DNA of 64,000 nt from Trichosphaerium sp. ATCC 40318 (taxonomy: Eukaryota; Protista; Tubulinea): NCBI GenBank assembly GCA_038496445.1, contig JALMLS010000159.1, positions 1-64,000 of the forward strand, in the 5' to 3' direction. A program made the translations under genes and the position numbers. Position 1 is the first letter of the stretch. Each line of letters starts with the position of its first letter. Positions 1 through 11,631 of this stretch are shown here, in pieces. The notes beneath the pieces are model-generated. The model worked only from the letters and a program-made list of their open reading frames with translations, was not told where the DNA came from and made no database searches.

Positions 1-904
1 TTTTTGCTCCAAAATGCCTTATATTTGATGAAAAATGCTTGCATCTGGTACACAAGATTGCAATGGTTTTGCCTGCATATTTTAAGGAATTATACCTTCA
101 AATTAGGGCATAACTCATGCATCAATGCCTTATTTTGAAGGCAAAAAGTAAGCATTATCATAGTCTACAGTGCCTAATAAACCAGGGCATTTTCAGGTAA
201 TAACACAACTATTTATTTTATAATACAGTACACATACAATACACAAAACTCCTAAGTCCACATTTGAAAAAACCTTAAAGAAAATATGAGATGGTGTAGA
301 AAAAAAAAAAAAAAACTTACCTTGTAGTGTTAGAATTCCGCGGTCCTGGAAATATCGCGGAGTTCGCTCCTACTACTGTTGTAGGTGAAATAGGGTGCTG
401 CGGTTTGTTTGGCGGTGGTTTCGTCTAATTTCATGAATTACTAAGAGCGCTAGGTGCCTATCTATATAAAACGTCAGTAGGTGATGTGAAAAAAAAAGTG
501 AAAAGTTGTTTGACTGTTACTTACCTTAAACCACTTCCTTAATGTGATCAGTCCTATGATATAGTATAGGCAATGCCTTATATATGAATTAAAATACAAG
601 GCATATATTGCTTAAAAAAATAAGGCATAATAAAGGCATAAAGTACTTGCAATACAGGCATTACTTGATTTTATGCAATGCCAAAAAATGCAATACAAGG
701 CATTACCTGCTTTTATGCAATGCCAAAAGATGCCCAAAAATGCCTGGTATCAATGCCTTTTTGATGAAGGCATTGCCTTTTTGTAAAAATGCCTTATTTT
801 ATTGGGCATTGCCAAATGCAAATGCCTTGATTTTGCCATCTAATGCCAAATGTTAGGAATATGCATCATTTTTTTAGGCAATGCCTAGCTGAGTTTCAGC
901 CCTG
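1..904. mobile_element. Non-autonomous TIR DNA transposon (CAGGGCTGAAAC terminus), left end outside window
   Basis: Ends GAGTTTCAGCCCTG at 904, the same TIR as the element at 4123-5051. Dense GGCAWTGCC-type subterminal repeats. Internal 360-540 is homologous in reverse orientation to 4420-4590. Inserted in an intron of Roco copy 1. Confidence 0.8.
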
Positions 905-937
905 AAGAATAAGCGATTGTAATAATGTACAAAGATA

Positions 938-1966
938 CAGTGGTAAAATGAAAACGGGATTTTGGATATAAATCCCACTAAATTCCTTTGTTTTAGGGAT
1001 TTTTAAGGTAATTTGTGAAGAATTCTTATTTTTATTTTTTTTTATGGCAGGATTTTTGATAGAATTACCATATTCCCTTAAATATGGAATTTTCAGAATT
1101 ATTGAACAAAATCCACCAAATAATGTACTAATTTAGTTAGGGTTAGGGTTAGGGCTAGGGTTGAGGTTTATGAAAGTAGAAATTAAGTTAGGGTTAGGGT
1201 TTAGTTTTATATTTGCAAAAAACCATCGACACCTTAGGTACATAGGTTTTTCTAGCGAACAATATCCACGTGCTATTATTAAAGGTGAAAAAACCAATGG
1301 TACAGGTTAAAGTGCGTTAATCCAAAAAGTAACAGAGAATGCATTTTAGGTGGTTTGGAAAATCACTTAAACATAAATATCTCTTACTTATCTGTTTTAG
1401 GATGATTAAAGCATTGCAACAGCCTTATTACACCATTAAAGAATGTATTTAAAGCATTAACTCCAAGTACGTTGTTTTTAAAGCTTATTTCCACTTAATT
1501 TATCAAAAAACCCTACGCATTCTTAATTTAGCATTTACAAACGCATTAATTATTGTTCAGGCTCTCAAAACCAAATGCAATCAAATTATTTCTTTCGTTT
1601 ATGAAGACACGATGTATTTAACTTGTACGTATTATTTAGGATGTTTGTATTTTGTAATGATCAATAAATAAAATGACTTGGCATTAAATCTGAACCAAAG
1701 TATCGAATAATATTTTGTGTAATTTATAAAGTATTTTTTATTGAAATCTACAAAAAATACATTAAGAAATGCTATAAAGAATACATAGAGAATTCTATAT
1801 AAAATACATACACAATTCCAAAAGTAATACTCTAAGAATTCTATGAGTAATACTTATGGAATTTCATATAAATTCAATGGGAATTAAGGAAGAGTTTTTC
1901 CGTCTACTTTTCCCATAGGAAAACAGGGTGGATTATTTAAAAATTCCCATTTCTATTTTACTACTG
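938..1966. mobile_element. Tc1/mariner-type MITE with TA target-site duplication
   Basis: TA|CAGTGGTAAAATGAAAACGGGATTTTT ... AAAAATTCCCATTTCTATTTTACTACTG|TA, an imperfect TIR of about 27 bp. Removing it restores the intron sequence seen uninterrupted in Roco copies 2 (about 22770-22815) and 3 (about 49510-49555). Confidence 0.85.
1137..1199 (+). repeat. Short interstitial TTAGGG telomere-like repeats inside the MITE
   Basis: TTAGGG x3 plus CTAGGG at 1137-1160 and TTAGGG x2 at 1188-1199. Confidence 0.8.
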
Positions 1967-4122
1967 TAGTACCGTCTAAACACAAGTACTGTACTAGTGA
2001 TAGTTCAATAGGAAGCAATGCTTGTGTATTAGCGTTGATATCTCCTAAAAAGATATCTAATTTGGATCCAAATACAATCACTGAGTATAACTTTGGGTCT
2101 TGATCATGTAGTATCTCATTTAAAGCCCGACACCAATATTTGAGGTGCTCCTGTTGCTCTTTGATTGATGTTGACAAGTCAATCTAAAGTTGATGATAAG
2201 GAAACAGGTGTGATGTTGGTGCACTACAAACTTACAACAATGATGTAAATGGTAAAATACCTGCTCCTTCATGACCTACAACCATTATTTTGGCTTCTAA
2301 TTGCTCAACAAAATCGTAGTTGTTATGACTCACTCCATCAACAACATGATGTTTCATTGAATTACTGAGGTCACACCAATAAATGTGTTTAAACTGTTGT
2401 ATCATTTTGTCTGACATTTTGTCCTTTTTTATGGGTATCACACGTACTCCAGAAAGACCACGTGCCATAGTTGTTACTATTTAAATAATCAATAAGTATA
2501 AAGGTAGTGGTATAAAAGACACCGCACCTTCATGAAGTGATAACTCAGAATATTTTTTACAAAGGTCATAGATAAATACAAAATCACCAGAATAACCTAA
2601 TTCAAAGCTATCTTGGTGTTGCAAAATAATACTGGAACAGTGTTGGTAGTGTCTTTTAGAATAAAATTCAAATACCATTGTTCTTTTTCCATCTGATTTT
2701 TCACTACCTTTTACAGTTGGATCATTGATATCAAGGATAGTATTATCTGGATTCAGAAACAATTTCTTGAGATCTCTCTCTGAATTCTCATCTGTAATGT
2801 CATGAGAATACACAGTAACTGCCGTTATATCTTCCTGTATATCTTTGTTATGTAAAGCGATTTCGTTGTAGAATGTTTTATCCATATTGTTAGAAAAGGC
2901 AACCTGGTCTGGTTTTCCAGCAATACTTTTCTGTGTTTTACCTACTGCCTTAGCATTCTCAAATTTACCAATGTATTTACGACCATCAGCCCAATACTTC
3001 GCACCAATACCATGGAACTTATCGTTGTCAAATTGTCCAATGTACTTGGTACCATTTTGATAAAAATACACTCCACCGCCCTTCTGGTTGTTCTTAAATT
3101 GACCTTTGTATCATAGAGTACCATCTTTCCAATAAAGCTCACCATCACCATGAAACTTATTGCCCTTAAAGTTACCTTTGTATTCAAGAGTACCATCTGG
3201 GTGATAAAGCTCACCATCACCATGAAAGTTACCATATTTAAACTGACCTTTGTACTGTAGAGCACTATCTGGGTAATAAAGCTCACCACAATGAAAGCTG
3301 CCATATTTAAACTGACCTTTGTATTGTAGGGTACCATCTGTGCAATAAAGCTCACCATCACCATGAACTTCCCCCCCCTTAAACTGACCTTTGTATTGTA
3401 GAGCATCACGAACTTTTTTCCATACACCGTGCCTCTGTTCAAATGTTGATTTGTCCTTACGAAAACTGTGATGGTTACCTTTCGTTACCTTTTGAACCAT
3501 TATGGTATTACCTTTGTGAGTACAATTAGCATGAACAAATTAAGGGAGTACCAGAAGCACTGAAAAACATTCTGAATGCTTTGAATTTTTTTTTTGCAAT
3601 TTTATTTTTATTATATTTGGACTGTTTTTGCTTCAAATAGTTTTTGCCACATTGCTGTCAGTGAACGTATATGTATAATGCATTATTTTAGAGCTTGCAG
3701 TAAAATTTACAAAAAGTTAACGGAGCAGCAGCGCTTTTGAGACAGTTCCAAAAAATATGACTTATGTGATTTTGATATTTATGGGATTTCAAGAATCTTC
3801 GAGACGGTTTTTCTCACCTCAGAACCATCTTAAACGTCAATTGATATTTTTAATACGTAGCTAGGATGCTATACTTTTAGTTTTAAAACCATTTTGCGAT
3901 TTTTTTATTGAGGAAAAGTACCTACAGTCAAAGCAAATTTTTTTTTCAAACAAACTTTTTCAACAATTGTTGAACTCAAAAAATGGGACTGTGAAAACTA
4001 CCCAAGCCAAGTCGCCTATGCGTTTTACCCCAACTTACCAAATAAAATGATTATGTGATGATTGTTTTTGAAAACAAGTGATTATTTTGCGGATTTTGTG
4101 CTTCAAAATTGTTTTTGGACCA

Positions 4123-5051
4123 CAGGGCTGAAACTAAACAAGGCTTTGCCTTAAATATAAAGGCATTTTTTTAAAATCAGGCATTGATGGCAAAAATCAG
4201 GCATTCAAAAATGGCAATGCCTGATTTTGCAAAGGCAATGGCAACAAAGGCAAAAATCAGGCATTGAAATAAGGCTTTGTTGGGCAATGCCTTAATTGTT
4301 GCAATGCCTTGTTTTTTTTAGGCAATGCCTGCCCTAGTTTTTTTATGCATTGCCAGCCTTAAATTTACAGGCACCAATTAGGCATTGGTTGTGTACACAT
4401 TGTACATTAAGGATACATTGGTTTAAGGTAAGTCTCCACCACACCAACACTTCCTAAACATTTTTTTTCATTTACTACTGACGTTTTATATAGACGACGT
4501 CACCACGCGCTTAGTATTTTATGGATTCTAACGAAACCACCGCCATTCGAACCGCAGCACCCAAATACACCCACAACAGTAGTACAGATACTTTAAACCA
4601 TTTTTCCAGTCCGCGAAAATTATACCAATAATTTGTTAATTTTTTTTTCTAGCTAAAGGTTTTTTTTCACATGGAGGACATTGAAGTTTTTTGTGTTTTG
4701 TGTACTGTACTTTAATAAATGAATCACTATTGTATGCCTATATAAAGCCTTGTTTTATGAGTATATGATGCCTGGGTTATGCCCAAAAATTGAGGGCAAA
4801 AATGCCTCATTGTTGCACAAAAAATGAGGCATTATTGGACCAACAATGCAGGCTATTTTAAGGCTAATTAGTGAACCAGTTGCTTGCTATTTGGCCCAAA
4901 TATGAGGCTCCAAAGCCCAACATTACAAGGCAATGCCTCATATTTGCTCATTTTTTTTGGCAAAAACAAGGCAATTTGGTGAAAAATAAGGCTGTATTTG
5001 GTGGCAAAAAAAAGGCTTTTACAAAAAAAGCCTTATTTAGTTTCAGCCCTG
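4123..5051. mobile_element. Non-autonomous TIR DNA transposon (929 bp)
   Basis: TIR CAGGGCTGAAACTAAACAAGGC / GCCTTATTTAGTTTCAGCCCTG with many GGCAWTGCC-type subterminal repeats. No 8-bp TSD; only a possible 2-bp CA duplication, so the superfamily is unresolved. Confidence 0.85.
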
Positions 5052-5946
5052 CATCAGAGCTTCTACAGTTTTACGAAAAGGTAAACTAGAAAAGTGTAGC
5101 TAAATTCGCATTATTCGAAAATTTCAATTGTTTTCGTAACAAACACTATTCCTTACTCTGTAGGAGCAACACAACACTCCAAAACAAACATGCGCACATC
5201 GAGAGATACAAGAATAATGTCACGTGATCCAGCGCAGAAGAGAAAAAGGATGGAAGGCTTTAAAACAAAAGTGGTCCAATATTTGATGCACTACGTGAGT
5301 GCTAAGCGAAACAACAGTTAAAGAAAAATCTGAACTGGATCACACTCCAAAAAAAAGTGCACAAAAAAATCCTAAATTAAACATACCACGAAAATATATC
5401 ACATGGCAGCAAAAAAAAAAATTTTGTGTGGTAAAAAACAAGCTGAACCATTGAGCTTTGGATTTACACGTACTCAAGCGTTTGTATCATTATGAGCCAT
5501 ATTTAAACACAAGAACGGTAGATCCAATTTCGAATTATTTTAGACTAAACCAAAAAAGTTAGTACAAAGCAAGCTTAGAATGACATAAAAATATGAGAAA
5601 ATTACAGTAAGCGCACAGAAAGTGCTAATAAAAAAAAATTTACTGTACAGGTACAACAGCCAACAATCGTCTCTTTTTGTAGAATAGTCCAATAAAAATA
5701 GCGTATAGGAGTTAGTTACACTGTAAGCAGTGAACAAACAGGTCCTGAAACTGAGCCTGTGTTTATTTCGCTTGACTTTTTGGACTTTCTTTATTTGTGA
5801 AAGCAGTATGCTTTATTGGTTGTTTGCAGTTTAAGAACACTAGTTTCACAATCTAGTACCTGAAATGTATAAACGCTTAATACCCTGGCTGTTAAAGAAA
5901 ACTGTTTTTTTAGTAGGTGGTTGGGAAGTTTATTTGAGCGAACTTT

Positions 5947-7876
5947 TTACACGTGGTGTCTACGCTCCAAAAGTATCGATAAATTTGTTAATCTAGCCAT
6001 TGGCTTGTACACCTTTTTGACATCTTCAATGCGAGTTCCTGGGGCCATTGATACTTTGAAATTATAACAAAGAAGTGACAGAAATATGACGAGTTCTGTT
6101 ACAGCAAGATTTTTTCCAGTACAGCTTCGTCTGCCGTATCCAAAGATGAGCATTGTTGGTTCTAAAAAACATGTCATATTCTCTTTACTTTATCTACCAA
6201 CCCGCTAGAGTTACGTACCACCATTGTCAAACCGATCAGGATTAAACTTGGCTGGATCTTTGTATATTGAAGTTGCACGAGCAGTATCCAACAATAGTTT
6301 TGTTCCTTTCTTTAAGAAGACAGCTAAAGAACCAATTAGGGTTTGTTAGAAAAAAAGCACATGGTGAACTTACGTCCGTTTTTAAGCTCTATTGTTTGGT
6401 CTTTAAGAGATTTAGCGGTGTGGAATCCATTCTGGCGCATACGCAAGACTTCTTGGACAAAGTTCTGTACAAGTTTCAATTTTTTGAACTTCGCATAGCT
6501 AAGATCATTCTGTGCCATGGTTGGTGCTACTTCCTCGTAAATCATGTCTTGGTACTTTGGATATAAACAAATATGATATACTGTAGAAACGAGAGCTCCT
6601 GAAGTAGTTTCTGTTCCAGCCAAGTAGAAACCAAGAGAGTTTTGAAAAACTGTTTCTCTATCAAAACCATGTGAAATCATCACCTATGACAAGAACATCA
6701 ATTTACACGTCATAGTCATCTTATAAAGTACTTCAATCATATTTTCTGGTTCATGATCATCACGCGACATTGATTTTGTAGCAGCAGTAATAACATTATC
6801 AACAAATGGATAGACAAACTCCTTGAGTTCTTTTTCAATTTCTACTTCAGCCTTGAAAAAAATAAGCCTCTGACAAAGAACTAGATATCACGCACTTTTG
6901 GTTTGAGGAATGGAATATGCCAATATGGTATCGTACTAAAACCTCGCTTAACCATCATATTAAAAAGCTTGTTAATCATGAGAGACATGCGTGTTTCAAC
7001 TTGTTTGCTGTCTTAAACGATAGGTTAGAACCAGGTTGTAAACCGGTTGTTTTGTACCGTTGAAAGACTTTGGCGATCCCATAGCTGCACGTGTAACCAC
7101 ACGAAGTGTTGTACGTGTTGTGATAATGTCTATGTTATCTATAGGTGTTTTTGAATCAGCTTGTTGCCCGAGCTCGTCCATCAACTCAACAAACACATTC
7201 ACAATAACTGCGAACTGTTTTTGTATTGCATTGTTTGTAAACTTTGGTGCGATCACTTTCTTTAGGTCTTTGTACTTTTGCCCAGATAGCGTACCCATTC
7301 CTTTCGCCAATCTCAACTCCTAATACATAAGGTACATAGCACAATAAGTAGTAGGTTCAGGTTACCTCAATCGCTTTCATGTTGTCAAAAAGAAAATTAT
7401 CGAAAGCTGTGCTTGGTCGTTGGAGTGCCACTTTGCGAATATCTTCGTATTCAGTGAGGACAACAAACTCAGAACCGAATACAGACAAGCTGTAGACGCT
7501 ACCATACTTCTTCTTCCACTAAAGTAAAACAGTCAAAACCAGCAATAGGAGAGCACCAGAACTCGGTTACTAACACGTGAGGTAAATGCGCTTCAACGTC
7601 GTTTGTGATGTCACGTGACAATTGTTTTGGTCTTTTTGCGCGAAAATAATGAAAAAAAACTGAACAAACACGTCTTTCAAAAAAACAAAAAGCGTTGTGT
7701 ACCTCTTTCAATGTTTCCTTCTGGTTTTTTTTCATTTTCCTCATATCAAACAAATTACCAACAATAGGCAGCTTTGGAGGGCCAGGTAACTTTTCGGAGC
7801 TATTGTTTCTCCGCAATAGCCACGTTGCGGCTACTACCAACACCGTTATGAGTGCTACAATAAACCAAAGTGCCAT
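5947..7876 (-). CDS. Cytochrome P450 (multi-exon, ER-anchored)
   Basis: N-terminal TM anchor plus PGPPKLPIVGN hinge, I-helix LAGTETT, K-helix QEVLR, PDRF, and heme motif FGYGRRSCTG. Confidence 0.93.
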
Positions 7877-8787
7877 GTTGTTGACGCTAGCAAACAGTTA
7901 CGTTGGTTTGTTTTCAGGTGATTGTTTCATTGGTACTTGTTTCTTGTATCTGTTGTGATTACAATGTACGGTGTGTATAAATCACGTGAATAGAAACGAC
8001 TTTTTTTCCTAACCGACGAGAAGAAAACCAAAAGCCTTTTTACTCTTTAGAAACTTATTCTTTCTTTGGTAGCTCCTTGGGTTTGCGAAATGTAGGCGGC
8101 ATGTTCTATTTTCTTCTTTTTGCAGGTCTTTTGTACGACATTTTTGCAGAAAACAGCATTGTTTAGTCAATCGTGCTCTATTCAGCGCGTTTTTTAGTCA
8201 GTTGTGGCTAGCCTATTTCGCGAAAAGTAGTCCAAACCCCTTGTCTGTTACCTTGTGCATAAAACACTTGCATCAAGTCACCTTTATCCCATTCGTTGTA
8301 TCAAAATGTAGCTCTAGTAGAAGGTGAAGTAGATATGAACTGTTGTATTGGCTATAATAACAATAATAAGTAAAACTCACCTTGTATTCATTGCACTTGT
8401 GTTCGTACCTTGCGTATTGGTTTTGCTAGTATTGTTTTGTTAATATGTGGATTTACTAATTCTGACTCTTATTGGCAAGCTTGTAGAGAAAGCCAGTGAC
8501 AGATCTGCTTGAGATTTGACCAACCTTCAATTGTCCAACTTTTGACTTGCTCGCCTGGTCTTCAACTTACACTCTCACAAGACCAGACTTCGCAAACCTT
8601 ACCAACGCCTAGACACTACTAGGTTTCTAAGTAGCATTTGAGTGTTTCACATTGCGGTCAGTTATTTTTTCTATAGTTCAATGAATGCAATTATTAATAA
8701 CACAATATTCTGAAGATGAGAAACCATAAGTTAATTTCTCTTAACCAGCTTCCGTCAAAGCCAGTACCCAACTTCTAATTAACACCA

Positions 8788-8976
8788 ATGGTTCACTTTT
8801 TAAGGTATGGCCTCTCTAGAGCTGGCAAAGTAAAGCGTCAAACACCTATTGTTCAAAAGAAACAAAAAAGGCGTGGAAAGAACGGTAGAGCGAGTAAAAG
8901 GCGTCAGTACAATAAATTCCTTCTCGAAGAACGCAAAAGAGAGCGTGTAATGGCGGCATTGACTTTATGCGATTAA
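8788..8976 (+). CDS. Divergent ribosomal protein eS30-like peptide
   Basis: LSRAGKVKRQTPIVQKKQK..GRASKRRQYNK matches eS30 LARAGKVRGQTPKV..GRAKRRMQYNR. The KVHGS start and the C-terminus are altered. Confidence 0.8.
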   Translation: MVHFLRYGLSRAGKVKRQTPIVQKKQKRRGKNGRASKRRQYNKFLLEERKRERVMAALTLCD

Positions 8977-9132
8977 ATAGTATTCAAAACAATGAAAACA
9001 ATCACTACGACGCTGTGCGTGTACAATAGAGGAAAAACAAATGGCTGCTTTCCAAAAAGAAAACTAGTGGCTTAGTTCGCCATCGGAGACTGTAAAATAA
9101 CACCAAATACAATAAACAAGGCGCTTTAAGCG

Positions 9133-9810
9133 TTATTTATAACTTTTAGTCAACTTACAACATTTATTGTTCTTTCTTGCTGTTACGCTCACATTACCTT
9201 GCCACGCACCGTTTGGGAACGTCAATGGGACAGGATTCTTAAATGTAACCTTTTCAAAGTGGCAGCAAAAGTAAAGCAAGAATATTTTAAGTTCCAAGTT
9301 TGCAAGTTTGTAACCTACAGTTTTTTAGACATTACTCGTCATTACTTTCTTGAACTTACCTAAGCACATACGGTGACCTCCTTCAAAGGGACAGTAAATG
9401 TTGTTCTTAATTGACTTCCCATGAAGCGCTCTGGTTTAAACTATTTTTTTTTTCAACAGTTAGCTAGGATTATTTTTACTGGATTGTTTAGACACGTACG
9501 TCTCTTGGTTCTACCCATGTGTCAGGATTATTATGAATAAATTGCAATGGGAATAATACGCCCCACATCTTAGGTATAGTGTAGCCCTAATAAAGTAGGC
9601 TTTGTCACCTTTAAGAAAAATGTACCAAAGGTGATTTAGTTGTGCTTTGGGCTTGTCTTATCACAGCTGTCACTGGTGGCTTTATCCTCATTACCTAAAC
9701 CTTATCAATATATATAATTGTTGGTATAGAATAGACGAGTACCTCTTTTATTGTTTCTCTAGATATTTGAATGAAGAAATTGTGGCATAGTCTATCCACA
9801 AGAGTCTTCA
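9133..9810 (-). pseudogene. 3' fragment of a different cytochrome P450, frameshifted (not in ORF track)
   Basis: Spliced reading gives KE|VMRIKPPV..|GYTIPKMW..IHNNPDTWVEPRD|FKPERF..YCPFEGGHRMCLG|YKLANLELKIFL. Frameshifts occur before the ExxR and between PERF and the heme motif. The 5' half is absent. Confidence 0.85.
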
Positions 9811-9900
9811 AAATACTTCTTTCAATGAATTTTGGAACAAGTTATGATTTATTAAACAAGCTACTAACTAGCTCTAAAGAACGTGATTTGGTTACTAGCA

Positions 9901-10801
9901 TTAAAGGTAAGAAAATTGAATACCCATGGACTCAAAACCTTCTCTTGTTATAGCTGTACCTCCAGTGCACTTTACTACACGTTTTAGATTCTGCAGGTGC
10001 TTCAAGCAACCATTTGTAATCTGTGGGCAGTTGCTCAGGCTGAGTTGTTCCAGGTTGACCAATGTCTTAAAACCCAAGTCTGTTATCTGGGGGCAATTGT
10101 TAAGCTTAAGGTATTTGACATTGGTTAACGCTTTAATTCCATCATTCGTAGTAGAAAACCCCATAAGAATGTTTATAGTGTACATTGCATAGATGTTTAA
10201 GCCATGAGTCTTTTGGGAAAGAAAGACTAATCGCATGAACATCTTTGAGAGCTTTGATTCCTTCAACTGTAATAAAATAGCAACTATCAAGGGTAATTTT
10301 GTGTACGCCTACAAGACTTTGGAGTGCTTCATCTGTCACTGATGTGTGAGAAAGGTTAATAGTATGAACACCAGCAAGTGCTTTCACTCCTCTATCTGTT
10401 ATGGCGGTGCTACAAAGATCAATAGTATGAACACCTGCAAGAGATATAACACCTTCATCTGTAACTTTTAGGCAATGATTAAAGTCCATCGTATGAACTC
10501 CAGCAAATTGTTTAAGAATCTTGTCAGAAGGAAATCCGAAATCTCTTCCAGGTCTATCTAAGAAGATTTTTGTATGTTTAATGATTCCTTTGTGTTTTAC
10601 AACTTCTTTCACTTGTTTTTCTGCTATTATACTTATACTATGGTATCCAATAATGTCGTGAATGATAGAAGAAAGGATACGGCATGTTTGACAAGCTGCA
10701 AAGCGAGATTTGGTTAAGTGACTTAATATAATCGCTATAATCTCAGTAGGCATGTCCAGTAATGTTTTTTGAGTGCTGGAAATTATTTTAGAACTATACA
10801 T
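9901..10801 (-). pseudogene. Intronless F-box/LRR protein with a frameshift (or sequencing error) near 10180
   Basis: F-box LLDMPTEIIAIILSHL and LRRs LAGVHTIDL..ITDRGVKAL. The LRR register continues in another frame after GTA CAC TAT (expected GTA CAC ACT ATA, an apparent 2-nt loss). Confidence 0.75.
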
Positions 10802-11631
10802 TCAACAAAAACCGTCTACCTTTGATTTAATGTATAAGACGCCAAATCACACGGTTTATTACCTTCTGTGCAGTTCATAGCGAGAGCTTTCTAACGTTTA
10901 CGTATCACATGATATCTGTTGACTCCAAACTCAGAAAAAATAACAATGAAAAACCGAAGTTATGTGGCCAGCAACAGATGAACTTATTTTACCACAAGCG
11001 ATACAAGTAGTAACACCTATGCATACTAGTGCATTTATTGTTGCTACGCTGAAAGACATGTGCAGAAAAAGACATTAATTTCGTTCACCATTAGTAATTG
11101 CACGTGGCGAATGCAGGAGTTGGTTTGTATTTTTGAAGAGGTGTCACACTGATTTTTGAAGTCCTAACTGAGCTATAATACCCAAACTATAAAGTATCAT
11201 GTTAACACCAGTATTATGACTCATTCACCAATTTTCACCAACGCGATGTAGCGTACAGCTTGCTACAGGCTTTAATTGCAGCTCCAACATCAGTGAATTC
11301 GTGAGCAGAAAAGCCTGTGCTTCTCGTTAAGGAAGAATCCATGATTTTTATTGTGGTATCAGCATTATTCAATGAGTTGCCAGCAGTGTCCATTACAGTT
11401 ACTGTAAATGATAGGGCCTACTTACGTCAAGCAAGACTTAAGTAGCGAACTTAACTAGCACAAAAAAACGTTTAGAGACGCCAGCGTCAAATCATTAATT
11501 TGTTTTATTATACTTCAAATACGTAAGAACTACGCAGTACCAATACATTCAAAGGCAAAACCACTTACACAGACTTTAATTAGGCTTTTACATTTTGATT
11601 CTCGCTGGAACGTTATCTGTTGCTTTGTACA

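Larger units (their letters stand above)
905..3570 (-). pseudogene. Roco-family copy 1 (MORN-Roc...), pseudogene; 3' part lies beyond the window start
   Basis: Homologous to 19463-24430 and 47357-52889. Nonsense TGA at 3111-3113 where repeats of copy 3 have CGA (DGTLRYKG). A deletion of about 255 bp at about 2253 removes the KTT/STIG and DFAGQ exons. Two transposons sit in one intron. ATG at 3570, followed by a GTAC...AAAG intron. Confidence 0.85.

Noticed and set aside
608-856. ORFs within the TIR elements (also 4871-5089)
   Set aside because: Translations of subterminal repeats with no transposase motifs.
1137-1199. Chromosome end
   Set aside because: Only a few repeats, internal to a TIR element.
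3111-3113. In-frame TGA suggesting an alternative genetic code or readthrough
   Set aside because: Paralogous repeats have CGA, TGA is a true stop elsewhere (Ras after CIVM), and this copy has other disabling lesions.
11100-11420. Minus-strand exon-like segment with FTVTVMDTAGN (Ig-like)
   Set aside because: Too short, with no start or coherent gene model.
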